From positions 19,158,001 through 19,222,000 of the forward strand of contig OX597820.1 in NCBI GenBank assembly GCA_951406725.2: a DNA stretch of 64,000 nt, in the 5' to 3' direction. The notes under the pieces are model-generated. The model saw only the letters and a program-made list of their open reading frames with translations, did not search any database and was not told where the DNA came from. The position numbers were made by a program, and so were the translations under genes. This DNA is from Octopus vulgaris. Taxonomy: Eukaryota. Below are positions 49,900 through 63,270 of this stretch, piece by piece (the stretch's first letter is position 1; each line of letters starts with the position of its first letter).

Positions 49900-50634
49900 T
49901 ACACTTGACAGAGTAATCGGAATGCTAAAAGGTTAAATATTTTTTGTTAGAATTCCAACCAACAAAACCTTATTTATTTACCAGAATTTCGACACATTTA
50001 TCTCTTATTTTATCCATATAATTCTAGTCCCCCCCCCCCACTCACTCTCTTTCTTATTTATGACAGCTATATTTTCTATACAAGACTATTATTGTAGTTC
50101 ACAAATGACGACCTTTTTTTTTCTTATATATATATAAAACCAACTCATACATTTAGAAAGGTGATATGAGTTAAGTCACTTGTATTTTTTTAGCCAGGTT
50201 TTTTTTCCTTCTCACTAGCAACAAAATGCTTTTGTTCTTTCATTTGTACTGTCAAACTGAACAAGTTCTTCAATATAACTTATGACGCTTATAACACTTT
50301 CTTACATCAAATAAAAACTCCTCTATTTTAACTCTTCGTAATTCCCTTGTTTTATGTTTTACCATCATCTGGTTTGCTCCTGATGTAAATTGCCAATAAT
50401 TTCACTTCCATGCGAAACATGATAACGTTACTGTCAAACCAAGTTTACAATTATGACCTTAATAAAAAGCTAAGATTCTAGTTGTTAATCTTCTCTCCAA
50501 AGAAAGTTAATTACTATATCATGTAATTGTTGCTCTTAGCCAATCACCACTTTTAGTTTTGTCAGCTGTTTGCAACTAATATTTTACAGAACTACCAATT
50601 GCAACAATGTCTTAGTAGCAGTATTACCAGTTCA

Positions 50635-50688
<54 letters not shown>

Positions 50689-50689
<1 letters not shown>

Positions 50690-51070
50690 GAGTGAGAGAG
50701 CAGTGCATGCCATCAAAGTAACACTGGGGTACAAATATCCAATGCCCAGTATACCCATCATGACTACCCGTCTGATAAGGGTACACCAGGCACATGCATC
50801 ACAACCATATGTGCATGACATGGTGATCTCATATCAAGATAAACAGGTCATGACCTTGCGGGTGGGACCCAATTAGAATTTTTTTTCAGGTGGAGTAGCA
50901 CATCCTGCTCAAACAGTCCCAGAATTAGGTTTGTTTAAGGATGATGAACGAAACTCATGTTTCCAGGGGTGAATTATTCAAACCCCCAAAAATTCCTCCC
51001 AACACATGGCTATGATGCTTCCCCACTACTTCTGCTCGTGATCAGAGATGCACATATTGTCAGACACTCA
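50689..51070 (-). mobile_element. Family E element, truncated
   Basis: Same terminus adjoining (ATT)n at 50636-50688. Confidence 0.8.
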
Positions 51071-51288
51071 TGTGAGTAGTGAAAAGTGGACATGAAAATG
51101 ATGATACATTTGATGTGTGTGTGTGTGTATATAGATATATATATATATTTGTGTATATATATATACACACAGTTGTCTGTTTTGGTATGGTTTTTACAAC
51201 TGGATATCCTTTATACCAATCACTCTACAGTGTTCTAGTTGCTTCTTATGTAGCACCAGCCACACACATACATACATGCATGCATGTT

Positions 51289-51358
<70 letters not shown>

Positions 51359-51447
51359 GAGAGAGAGAAAATGGGAAAAAATGTTGGAATAAAGTTGGCA
51401 GGATTAGAACTCTGTGCCTGCCGTAAACAGTGTCTATTTTCTGTCTG

Positions 51448-51790
<343 letters not shown>

Positions 51791-52420
51791 TCATATATAT
51801 ATAATCATATATATAATCAATTTAACATCCATTTTTCCATGTTTGCATGGGTGAAACAAAATTTGTTGATGCAGATTTTGTATATTGTATATGGATGTGT
51901 ATATGTAAATTTATTGTGTATGGAAGTGTGGATATGTATATGTATATTATACATGTATTATATATTTATCTTTATTGAATATATATATGTATATTATCCC
52001 TCTCCTCATTTTTCCACCACCCTTCTTTCTTTCCTTAGTTTTGTCCCTTTTCTGCATTTTCTATCTGTATACTTTCAATATAATATAACGAAAACAATTT
52101 TAAGCACAGGTGCTTAGCTTGAACTCTGTAAGATAATAAAAACAAATGATAATAATAGCATTTACTGATAATAACTGACCTCAGCAGGATTTGAACTCAG
52201 AATGTACAGACAGATGAAATGTCACTAAGCATTCCATTCGGTATGCTAAAGATTCTGCCAGCTCACTGCCTTGATAATAAGAATAACACAGTAGAACCTC
52301 ACAATACGAATGCCCCATTGTTCCAGTAATTTGCTGTATGGGCTGAGACTCGAGCAAATTTTTGTCTTGAAGTATGAGCAAAAATCCGCAGTATGAGCAC
52401 ACAAATCATCCCATCTTTGA

Positions 52421-52641
52421 CCCTTTAGCATTTAAACCGGCCATATCCGGCCAAAGGTATTCTGCCTGTTTTATGTTCAAACTGGCCAGATCTGGCCTCT
52501 CACACCAACCCTACAATATCATCTTAAAAGTTAACAGCTACCTCATCAAAATCTCATAGCTACAAGATAATGCATGATTAGTTCAAAACAATGTGGATAA
52601 AAAAGGATTAATTTTGGCAGAATAATGTGAACACTAAAGGG
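52421..52641. mobile_element. piggyBac-type MITE (family F)
   Basis: TTGA-CCCTTTAG ... CTAAAGGG-TTAA. Confidence 0.85.
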
Positions 52642-52833
52642 TTAAGGTAATTTAGTTAATAAAACCAGTTTACATATTTCTTTTGCATTCTCTTTTTATA
52701 ATTGCCATTTTACTTGTAACTACACTTTTTCTATTTTAAAACCCATAAAAAATTATTTTTGAGTGGTTTTGTGGTGGGCTGGAACAGATTAATTATATTT
52801 TAGTTAATTTAAATGGGGGAAAATTGATTTGTA

Positions 52834-52898
52834 TTGGGTTGTCCGGAAAGTTCGTGCTGGTTTATAGTTAGCTTACCTTTCGACTTATTTTAGAACAT
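52834..52898 (+). mobile_element. Solo mariner 5' end
   Basis: TA-TTGGGTTGTCCGGAAAGTTCGTGC... matches the reverse complement of 55357-55421. Confidence 0.8.
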
Positions 52899-53269
52899 AA
52901 ATTCTACCAGGAATATGAAGATACCTGAATCAGATCAATAATAATAATAATAATAATAATAATACTCTTTCGTTCTAATTTGTTTCCGTCATTTGACTGC
53001 AGCCATTCTGGAGCACTGCTTTGGTCGAACAAATTGACCCTATGACTTATTCTTTGTAAGCCTAGTACTTATTCTATCACTCTCTTTTGCTGAACTGCTA
53101 AGTTACAGGAATATAAACACACCAGCACCGGTACTTAATTTACCGACCCCAAAAATATGAAAGGCAAAGTCAACTTCGGCAAAATTTTAACTCAGAACAT
53201 AGCGGCAGGTGAAATATCGCTGAACATTTCGCTCGGCGTGCTAACGATTCTACCAGCTCACCGCGTTAA

Positions 53270-53530
53270 TCATCATCATCATCGTTTAACGTCCGCTTTC
53301 CATGCTAACATGGGTTGGACGATTTGACTGAGGTCTGGCACACCAGATGGCTGCACCAGGCTCCTATCTGATCTGGCAGTGTTTCTACAGCTGGATGCCC
53401 TTCCTAACGCCAACCACTCCGAGAGTGTAGTGGGTGCTTTTATGTGCCACTGGCACGGGGCCAGTCAGGCGGCACGGGCAACGACCTCGCTCGAATCTTT
53501 TACACATGCCACCGGCACAGGTGCCAGTAA
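53270..53530 (-). mobile_element. SINE family C
   Basis: Highly similar to 740-1440 once the nested insert is removed. Confidence 0.85.
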
Positions 53531-53607
53531 AGTAATGATAATAATAGTAGTAGTAGTAGTAGTAGTAGTAGTAGAAGTAGTAGTACTAGTAGTAGTAGTA
53601 ATAATAA

Positions 53608-54000
53608 GTAACTTGCTAACCAACCACATGGTTCCAGGTTCAGTCCCACAGCGTGGCATCTTGGGCAAGTGTCTTCTGCTATAGCCCCGGGCCGACCAAT
53701 GCCTTGTGAGTGGATTTGGTAGACGGAAACTGAAAGAAGCCTGTCGTATATATGTATGTATATATATATATATGTATGTGTGTGTTTGTGTGTCTGTGTT
53801 TGTCCCCCCTAGCATTGCATGACAACCGATGCTGGTGTGTTTACGTCCCCGTCACCTAGCGGTTCGGCAAAAGAGACCGATAGAATAAGTACTGGGCTTA
53901 CAAAGAATAAGTCCTGGGGTCGATTTGCTCGACTAAAAAGGCGGTGCTCCAGCATGGCCACAGTCAAATGACTGAAACATGTAAAAGAGTAAAAGAGAGT
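53608..54000 (+). mobile_element. SINE family A (5'-clipped)
   Basis: Highly similar to 60079-60521. Confidence 0.9.
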
Positions 54001-54869
54001 AAGCTAATTTTTAGAACTTTAATTCTTACTTTCTTAATCTCTGTTACGGTTTCAAGTGAAAAATAAGTTGCTGTAATAATTGGCTGCAACCTGCTACCAA
54101 AGTAACTATAATTCCTTCACCAATATTACTGTTGATATCTCTCTCTCCTGTGACCCATATTCTATGTTGACAAACCTGTTGTGTGGTTAGTTAATTTAAT
54201 TTATTGTCATAGCAGTATCTTAGATTGTTTTGTTTTATTTTGTTTTGTTTTGTTTTGTTCCCCCCTCAGTATTTTCCTTAAAACTGGTAAATCAATACTA
54301 TCTGTGTTGATCAGCAATTGTCATTCGCCAAGCACAGCTGGTTGTAATGCACATGTAATGACAGTAGCAGCTGTTTCCCTGCTGTTGCTGCTGCTGCCGC
54401 TGCTGCTGCTGCTGCTACTCATTGATTTGTTGTTGTCAATGAAGCACTGAACACCACCACTATGTATGTTGCAGTAAAGGACGTTATTTTTGATTCCACC
54501 ATTTCCAACAAATAAATTACTTAACGATGGTACACTGTAGGTCTATCACTCTGCATGCTTTTCATTTTTATCCCCCCCCCTTTTTTTTTCCATATTTCTT
54601 TCACTGAATCAGATGCAAATATTATCAAAATAAGCAGAGAATAATCTAATTTTCATTTTAGTTACATTCAATGGAGATATAATTTAATATCCATGGCATG
54701 TGATACCACATAAGACTCACTTTTTGCCTGCAAAGGTGTTTCAGAAAAATTCCCTCGGGTCCTATATGCAAAGTTGGGTCCTATATTAGATCCTTTAATC
54801 ATATTTGTTTTAAAATATACTGTCTTTGTGTCAATTAATTTTGAAAATGGTAAAAAATTTAATAAATTA

Positions 54870-55421
54870 TTGGATTGTCCGCAAAGTTCATGCCAATTTT
54901 TAAAGGAAAGAAAAAGGTCAATAAATACTTGCCATTACATTTTTAATCAACCAAATATGAACCATTTTGTTGCACAATGTGTCTCCATCTTTCCTTTAAC
55001 TTGAAAATACCCTCTTCCCAGAATTGAGGTGGATTCATGGCAAAGAATTCATCAAGGTATCTTTTTACGTCATCCAAGGAATTGAAATTTTTACCATTAA
55101 GACTATTCTGCAGAGACCTGAATAAGTGGAAATCCGAAGGAGCAATATCTGGTGAATATGGAGGCTGGGGTAACACATCCCAGCCAAGCTGCAGCAATTT
55201 TTGTCTGGTTCCCAAAGCATCAAATGCCGAAAATGAACTTTCTTATCTTCCATTTTAAAGGGTTACACATAGGAACATAAACCTTCTTCCACAAAAAGAT
55301 AGCTTGAACTGTGCTCTAAATGGAGGTGTAGTCAAATCCTATTTTATGAACTTAACCATGTTCTAAAATAAGTCGAAAGGTAAGCTACTATAAATCGGCA
55401 CGAACTTTCCAGACAACCTAA
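54870..55421 (-). mobile_element. Internally deleted mariner transposon (552 bp)
   Basis: ~30-bp TIRs TTGGATTGTCCGCAAAGTTCATGCCAATTT and AAATCGGCACGAACTTTCCAGACAACCTAA, with TA on both sides. Transposase remnants lie inside. Confidence 0.92.
54943..55253 (-). pseudogene. mariner transposase remnant (N-terminal 15 aa joined out of frame to the C-terminal ~88 aa)
   Basis: MEDKKVHFRHLMLWE, then TRQKLLQLGWDVLPQPPYSPDIAPSDFHLFRSLQNSLNGKNF...ERWRHIVQQNGSYLVD. This contains the mariner YSPDxAPSD motif. Confidence 0.92.
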
Positions 55422-55936
55422 TAATTTTGTTTTTTATAAACCTGGTATTTGGATATAAATCAGACACACAAACATATACACACACATACATACATATACA
55501 TACATATATATATATACGACGGGCTTCTTTCAGTTTCCGTCTACCAAATCCACTAACAAGGCTTTGGTCAGCCCGAGACTATAGTAGAAGACACTTACCC
55601 AAGGTGCCACGCAGTGGTACTGAACCCGGAACCATGTGGTTGGTAAGCAAGCTATTCTTCAAAAACATGTCTGGCTATGCAGAAATATTATTTCACTTGG
55701 AAACAGATAAGGGTTAGCAACAGGAAGGACATCCAGCTGTAAAAGAACTACCTCACAAAACTCTGTCTGACCCATGAGAGCATGGAAAAGTAGATGTTAA
55801 AACAATAATGATGAATCTATCGCATTTATTAACGTTTCTTCAGCCCCTATTTTAACAATCCAGGCTCTCTAGTTCTCCCAGTCTTCTTTCTTACATCTAT
55901 GAACTTGCACTTTCAGTGCTAAACATCCTTAATCCT

Positions 55937-57065
55937 ATTTCCTTACTACCCACAAGGAGCTACACACAGAGGGAACAAACAAGGACAGACAAACGGATTA
56001 AGTCGATTAAATCGACCCCAGTGTGTAACTGGTACTTATTTGATCGACCCCAAAAGGATGAAAGGCAAAGTCGACCTCGGTGGAATTTGAACTCAAAACG
56101 TAACGGCAGACGAAATACCTATTTCTTTACTACTCACAATGGGCTACACACAGGGGGGACAAACAAGGACAGACAAACGGATTAAGTCGATTATATCGAC
56201 CCCAGTGTGTAACTGGTACTTATTTAATCGACCCCGAAAGGATGAAATGTAAAGTCGATCTTGGCGGAATTTGAACTCAGAACGTAACGGCAGACGAAAT
56301 TCCTATTTCTTTACTACTCACAAGGGGCTACACACAGAGGGGACAAACAAGGACAGACAAACGGATTAAGTCGATTAAATCGACCCCACTGTTTAACTGG
56401 TACTTATTTGATCAACCCCGAAAGGATGAAAGGCAAAGTTGACCTCTGCGGAATTTGAACTCAGAACGTAACGGCAGACGAAATACCTATTTCTTTACTA
56501 CTCACAAGGGGCTACACACAGAGGGGACAAACAACGACAGACAAACGGATTAAGTTGATTAAATCGACCCCAGTGTGTTACTGGTACTTATTTAATCAAC
56601 CCTGAAAGGATGAAAGGCAAAGTCGACATCGGCGGAATTTGAACTCAGAACGTAACGGCAGACGAAATACCTATTTCTTTACTACTCACGAGGGGGCTAC
56701 ACACAGAGGGGACAAACAAGGACAGACAAATGGATTAAGTCGATTAAATCGACCCCAGTGTGTAACTGGTACTTATTTGATCGACCCCGAAAGGATGAAA
56801 GGCAGTGTCGACCTCGGCGGAATTTGAACTCAGAACGTAATGGCAGACGAAATACCTATTTCTTCATTACCTACAAGGGGCTAAACACAGAGGGCACAAA
56901 CAAGGACAGACAAACGGATTAAGTCAATTAAATCGACCCCAGTGCGTAACTGGTACTTATTTGATCGACCCCGAAAGGATGAAAGGCAAAGTCGACCTCG
57001 GCGGAATTTGAACTCAGAACGTAGCGGCAGACGCAATACCGCTTGTAGCCAGCTCGCCGCTTTGC
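55937..57065 (-). mobile_element. Six-unit head-to-tail array of SINE D1 (184-bp period)
   Basis: Units begin at 55934, 56118, 56302, 56486, 56670 and 56855. There is one partly deleted head at 57037-57060, and a single 13-bp TSD CATCCTTAATCCT at 55924-55936 and 57066-57078. Confidence 0.92.
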
Positions 57066-57782
57066 CATCCTTAATCCTTTGCAAAATGACACCACTCCAC
57101 AATTCCTTGTTATTAGCAGGCAAAGTTCGTTTGCATGCAGTTTTCAGTTCATACTAGTTCTGCACATGCTTCCTAAATAGAACTTGAGTCCCCATTAAGT
57201 AATGCCAGAACTCATATCACAGACAAAAGTATTTTAAATTATATTCTTTTCTCATGTCTCATACTGTTACACGCCTCAATAATAATTGCTCAGCTTAACA
57301 TTACCACCAAACTCTTACGAAAGTCACATATGGCCAACATATACACCAGCTCTGAACAGCTGTTAACCCTTTACAAATATCTAAATTCACCATATGTTAA
57401 GGCTATATTTAAAAATCTGGATTAGTGCATTTGCTGTACCCACACATTACCTACGTCTAAGAAAAGCCGTCTAACTATGTGGGGTAAGCCTTCACTCACA
57501 GAACGCTATTTCTTTACTGATATTACAATAGCCTCTAAGGCAGTGAGCAGGCAGTCGTTAGCACGCCCGGCAAAATGCTTTGTGGCATTTTATCCATCTT
57601 TATGTTCTGAGTTCGAATTCCACTGAGGTCACCTTTACTTTACATTGTTTTTTTTTTGGGGGGGGGGGGGCGACAAATTAAGTACCAGTAAAACACTGGG
57701 GTTGACGTAATTGACTAGTCCCCTCCCACTAAACTTCAGGTTTTGTGCCTCTTGAAGAAAGGATTATTATTATTGTTATCAT

Positions 57783-58176
57783 GTGAGCTGGCAGAATCAT
57801 TAGCACGCGGGGTGAAATGCTTAGTGGTATTTCGTCTGCCACTACGATCTGAGTTCAAATTCCGCTGAGGTCGACTTTGCCTTTCATCCTTTCGGGGTCG
57901 ATCAAATAAGTACCAGTTACGCACTGGGGTCGATGTAATCGACTTAATCCATTTGTCTGTCCTTGTTTGTCCTCTCCGTGTTTAGCCTGTTGTGGGTTGT
58001 AAAGAAATAGGTATTTCATCTGTACTTATGTTCTGAGTTCAAATTCCACTGAGGTCGACTTTGCCTTTCATCCTTTCAGAGTCGATAAATTAAGTACCAG
58101 TGGAACACTGGGGTCAATGTAATCGATCAATCCCCTCCTCCAAAATTTCAGGCCTTGTGCCTTTAGTAGAAAAGAT
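57783..58176 (+). mobile_element. SINE D1-tail/D2-tail dimer
   Basis: Junction AAAGAAATAG|GTATTTC at 58010/58011. The second unit ends in the D2 tail. Confidence 0.85.
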
Positions 58177-59334
58177 ATTTACAATAGCCTCTGCTTATGT
58201 GAGGGCCCATCTTTTTATTGCATCCCATTCTCTGATACATGCTTAACCTATCTGTTTTTGTTCCTTCCTAAACCCTATGTGAACCATCAAACCCTTTTGA
58301 TACTAAATCATCTGAGGCTGCCCTTTGTTCTATGATACAAACATCCTGCTTTAAAGTGATCTAAATTAAAATCTTTGATCAAAATTCCCTGTTAATTTAT
58401 GCTCCTAACACCAGCAAGCTGGCGGAACCGTTAGCACAATAGCAGGTGAAACAGTTAGTGGTATTTCGTTTGTCCTTACATCCTGAGTTCAAATTATGTC
58501 AAGGCTGGCTTTTCCCTCGTCCTTTTAGAATTGATAAAAGAAGCACCAGTTAAACACTGGGTAGAAGCATAAAAAAGAAAATTGCATCCCTCTACCAAGC
58601 CATATCAAACCAGTGTGGCCGAGTTGACTCATCAAACCAGTATGGTCTCAAGCTCGAATTCACAGCCTCCACATCGGACCGTCGTTGGTGGAGAGAACAT
58701 GCGGAGGCCTTTGTTCTGCAGTGGACTGGATGTGGGCAATCCAACCTGACTCAATCAAATCCGATATCAGCCAAATTAGGACGGAAATTATTTTACTAAA
58801 TTCTTCATTATTTTCAAAATGAATTGGAACAAAGGGGCAATATTTTTTCAACAGAAAAAAAATGTGGTAACAAGAAGGTCCACCCATCATCTCTTTTGCT
58901 CTGTAACTCTTTCCCTGTTGAAACTGGGTTGTATCTAATATGCCCATATGTCTTTTTGCCATCAAATCTGGTATATAGTCATACTTTTTCTTTATTGTCG
59001 GTGCCAAAACTACATCAAGAAGACTAGGTTGTTCTCCCCAAAAGATTTTTGTTTAAAACCTTTATCCACGTATATTATGGTGTGAGTATTTCCAAACAAA
59101 TTTATTTCTGCGTTCCTTCCATCACTAATTTGCTAGGGGTTAATTTTGTGGTCTCAGTCACACATACATACATCGTACAAACCAGGTAATTGACCCTATG
59201 TGTTGCTGCTGTTGGTGGTGGTGGTGGCAGCTGCTGTTGTTGTTGTTGTTGTTGTTGTGTCACTAATCTACAAGTATGCAAACTAAACATTAATCGCATC
59301 CGGCTACTTGAAAAGCAGAATGAACGCCTCTGTT

Positions 59335-59407
59335 GGCAGTGGTAGTAGTAGTAGTGGTAGTAGTAGTGGTAGTAGTAGTAGTAGTGGTAGTAGTAGTAGT
59401 GGTGGTT

Positions 59408-59439
<32 letters not shown>

Positions 59440-59487
59440 GGTGGTGTGGTGGTAGTGGTGGTGGTGGTAGTAGTAGTAGTAGTAGTA
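59335..59487. repeat. (GTA/GTG)n tract
   Basis: Direct observation. Confidence 0.95.
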
Positions 59488-60078
59488 ACAAAAAAAATGC
59501 ATTATAAGTTGATGTTAATTTGTTAGATTTGTGGTAAGAACTTAGGAAAGTAGTAGTAGTAGTAGTAGGTAACTTGAGAAAGTTGGAAATCAAAAGAAAG
59601 GAAATAGTCCATCCAGTGTAAGATAGACTTCCTGAAATCTCCCCCCCCCCCCGCCCCAAACACCATACACCACCACCACCACCACCACCCTCATTCACAT
59701 CTATCAACATTAAGAACAAGACTTTCAAATGATATCTCTTCTTTCCAAGTAGAGGATAACACATTTTTTTTCTTGTATTTCTTGTGAAAGCTCTCACTGC
59801 TGCTGTTAAAATTTGTTCTTTTTCCTTCCTTTTGCCATGCATCATTGAGAAGGAAAGGGGCCAGTTTCAGGTTTCTGAATAAGGAGCTAAATAGCTTCAA
59901 GAGGAAGTAAAAATAAATAGGTTTGAAAATATGAAAGCTGAAGGAAATACCAAATGATTTGGGAAAATTTTAGAATACAAAATATTTAGATCTTTAACCA
60001 TAATCTTGAGGAAAGGTTCTTTGTTCTTGTATTTTACAAATAAACATCTCACACACAAATAAATATCATCATCATATA

Positions 60079-60244
60079 GGCGCAAGAGTGGCTGTGTGGT
60101 AAGTAGCTTGCTTACCAACCACATGGTTCTGGGTTCAGTCCCACTGCGTGGCATCTTGGGCAAGTGTCTTCTGCTATAGCCCCGGGCCGACCAATGCCTT
60201 GTGAGTGGATTTGGTAGACGGAAACTGAAAGAAGCTGTCGTATG

Positions 60245-60295
<51 letters not shown>

Positions 60296-60521
60296 ATATG
60301 TTTGTGGGTCTGTGTTTGTCCCTCTAGCAATGCTTGACAACCGATGCTGGTGTATTTACGTCCCCGTCACTTAGCGGTTCAGCAAAAGAGACCGATAGAA
60401 TAAGTACTGGGCTTACAAAGAATAAGTCCCGGGGTCGATTTGCTCAACTAAAGGCGGTGCTCCAGCATGGCCGCTGTCAAATGACTGAAACAAGTAAAGG
60501 AGTGAAAAAGAGAAAAGAGTA
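60079..60521 (+). mobile_element. SINE family A, full length
   Basis: GGCGCAAGAGTGGCTGTGTGGTAAG head through the AATGACTGAAACAAGTAAA tail. Confidence 0.9.
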
Positions 60522-60704
60522 ATCATCATCATCATCATCAATATCATTTAATGTCCATTTTTCATGCTGGCATGGGTTAGAAGGTTTGACTGATGATGGT
60601 AACCTGAAGAGCTGGAACCAGGCTCCAGTCTGTTTTGGCTTGGTTTGTATGGCTGGATACCCTTCCTAACATCACCCACTCCGCAGAGTACTGAGTACCC
60701 TTGT

Positions 60705-60950
60705 AATCGCATGGTAGTTGTAAATGAATGTCACTGTCATACAGGCAGTGTCGTTTCATTTTTTTCCAATATTCTGTAAGAACATGTCTGGCCTTGAGGG
60801 AAAACATGATCTTGCTTGGGAACGGGCGAGGGGTGGCAACAGGAAGGTCAACCTACCATAGAAAAAATTTTAAAAATCTGCGTCAATAAACTGTCCAATG
60901 CATGCAAGCATGGAAGAGTGGATGTTAAAACGACGATGATGATGATGGTG
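60705..60950 (+). mobile_element. SINE family G 3' part (tail related to family C)
   Basis: Matches 4150-4360, 22280-22510, 46560-46770 and 55660-55815. Confidence 0.7.
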
Positions 60951-60968
60951 GTGGTGGTGGTGATTTAA

Positions 60969-61200
60969 GGCAGCGAGCTGGCAGAAACGTTAACACGCTG
61001 GGCGAAATGCTTAGCGGTATTTCGTCTGCGTTACGTTGTGAGTTCAAATTCTGCCGAGGTCAACTTTGCCTTTCATCCTTTCGGGGTCGATAAATTAAGT
61101 ACCAGTTACGCACTGGGGTCGATGTAATCGACTTAATACCTATGTCTGTCCTTGTTTGTCCCCTCTATGTTTAGCCCCCTGTGGGTAATAAAGAAATAGG
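60969..61200 (+). mobile_element. SINE family D1 monomer
   Basis: Complete head, core and GGGTAATAAAGAAATAGG tail, inserted in (GAT)n. Confidence 0.9.
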
Positions 61201-61730
61201 TACGATGATAATGATGATGATGATGATAATGATGATGATTTTATCTTTTCCCCTGCAACCTACTTAAAAGAAAAGCAAAATCAGCGTTTACCAAAGTAAC
61301 TGGAACCATGTGAATTTATTAAGCAAACAATTAAGTAAAGCCTGAGATCATAGTTTCATTCTGTCCTTTAACTATCGATTATCGTTTCCATAGTCTGTGA
61401 AGAAGGGTTAATGCATAAAGATTTTGGTTTTTTTTTTTCTTCAAAACCTACTTGACCAAGTCTTAAGAGCAGCTAGATAATAAAATCAATACTGTTTTTG
61501 TCTGATTTTTTTTTTGGTTGAAGGAAAACACAAGCAGGCTGGAAATATCAGAGAAAAGAAGAATTAGGCAAAGTTTAGACACAATAGAAGTTTACAACAG
61601 AAGAGAAGTAGAGATGCATTGTGTGTATTATACGGCTATATAGTAATAGACAGCTTTATGGACAGCACATTTTTAGCCATTTGCCTGTCCAAAGTTTGTC
61701 CTAAATGCCTGTGCTTCTTACTCTCTCTCT

Positions 61731-62144
61731 CTCTCTCTCTTTTACTCTTTTACTTGTTTCAGTCTTTTGACTGTAGCCATGCTGGAGCACCGCCTTTAGT
61801 CGAGCAAATCGACCCTCAGGACTTGTTCTTTGTAAGCCTAGTACTTATTCTATCGGTCTCTTTTTTGCCGAACCGCTATGTTACAGGTAAGTAAACACAC
61901 CAGCATCGGTTGTCAAGCGATATTGGGGGGGACAAACACAGACACAAACATATACATATGTATACATATATATGTACATATATATGACGTGCTTCTTTCA
62001 GTTTCCGTTTACCAGATCCACTCACAAGGCTTTGGTTGGCCCGAGGCTATAGTAGAAAACACTTGCTCAAGGTGCCATGCAGTGGGACTGAACCCGGAAC
62101 CATGTGGTTGGTAAGCAAGCTACTTACCACACAACCACTCCTGC
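61731..62144 (-). mobile_element. SINE family A
   Basis: Full-length reverse-complement match to family A. Confidence 0.88.
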
Positions 62145-62452
62145 AGACTTTTAGTTAGCCTTTGTTTCATATGTTCTGAATAATATAAAGCTTTCCTTTT
62201 CATAAACTGAGGTTGGCGGTTGTAAGAAAAATTGGGAATATGAAACATTCATATGTGATGCTTTGATACCAAGGAAATATGTCTTCTGTTTAATCCCTTA
62301 GCATTCAGACCATCCATATAAGACCTAAATATTCTACCTGTTTTATATCCAGCCTAACTAGATCAGGCCTCTCATGCCTACCCTACAATGTCATTCTAAG
62401 AATAAACAATCACATCATTGAAATCTAGAAGCTATGAGATAATGTACAACTA

Positions 62453-62838
62453 GGCGTAGAAGTGGCTGTGTGGTAAGTTACTTGCTTACCACCACATGGT
62501 TCCAGGTTCAGTCCCACTGCATAGCACCTTAGGCAAGTGTCTTCTACTATAGCCTTGGGCCGACCAAAGCCTTGTGAGTGGATTTGGTAGACGGAAACTG
62601 AAAGAAGCCTGTTGTATATATGTATGTATATATAAGTATGTGTGTCTGTGTTCATCCACCAACATCGCTTGACAACCAATGCTGGTGTGTTTACATCCTC
62701 GTAACTTAGCGGTTCGGCAAAAGAGACCGATGGAATAAGTACTAGGCTTACAAAGAATAAGTCCTGGGGTCGATTTGCTCGACTAAAGGTAGTGCTCCAG
62801 CATGGGCGCAGTCAAATGACTGAAACAAGTAAATGAGT
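62453..62838 (+). mobile_element. SINE family A nested in a family F MITE
   Basis: Full-length match to family A, with MITE halves flanking. Confidence 0.88.
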
Positions 62839-62989
62839 AACTAATTCAAAACAATGTGAACAAATAAGCATTACTTTTCGTGGAGTAATGTAAATGATAA
62901 AGTAACTGTGGTAGGTCTTCTCGGGTGCACTCAGAGTCCTCCCACAATTGTTTTACATAGATTCAATGTGGTCTACCAACATTTGTGTA

Positions 62990-63270
62990 GCCATGCTTCA
63001 GTTTCCAAAAATATCATTGATGATTTCATCATTTGCTCTCCAGCAATGTCCAGTGAATCTTTTTTTCTTTCTCTGATGACAAGTGATACTGGTGATAAAT
63101 TACCATTGAGAAGTTCTTTCATCGGGTGCCGTCTCCAGGAGATGTCCAGAGCAGCTTGAAGCATTCTTGTAATAAGTTCTGTCAATTTTCTTTTCAAGAA
63201 GTTTTCTTAGTGTCCATACTGTTCATCCATATAACAAAATTGACTGCCACAATTGCCTGAAAGAAATTAC
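62990..63270 (-). pseudogene. RTE-clade LINE reverse transcriptase C-terminal remnant
   Basis: Frameshifted ILLYG*TVWTLRKLLEKKID / TRMLQAALDISWRRHPMKELLNGNLSPVSLVIRER / RFTGHCWRANDEII, matching the RTE LLYG..W...RML...L.I.W...RR..F.GH pattern. Confidence 0.75.

Noticed and set aside
55916-57157. Regular array as a CRISPR or a repeat-protein gene
   Set aside because: The units are whole 184-bp SINE bodies with no unique spacers, there are no cas genes, and the context is eukaryotic.
58600-58760. Possible RTE 3' end (SDRRWWREHAEA)
   Set aside because: It is too short and degraded to support a feature call.
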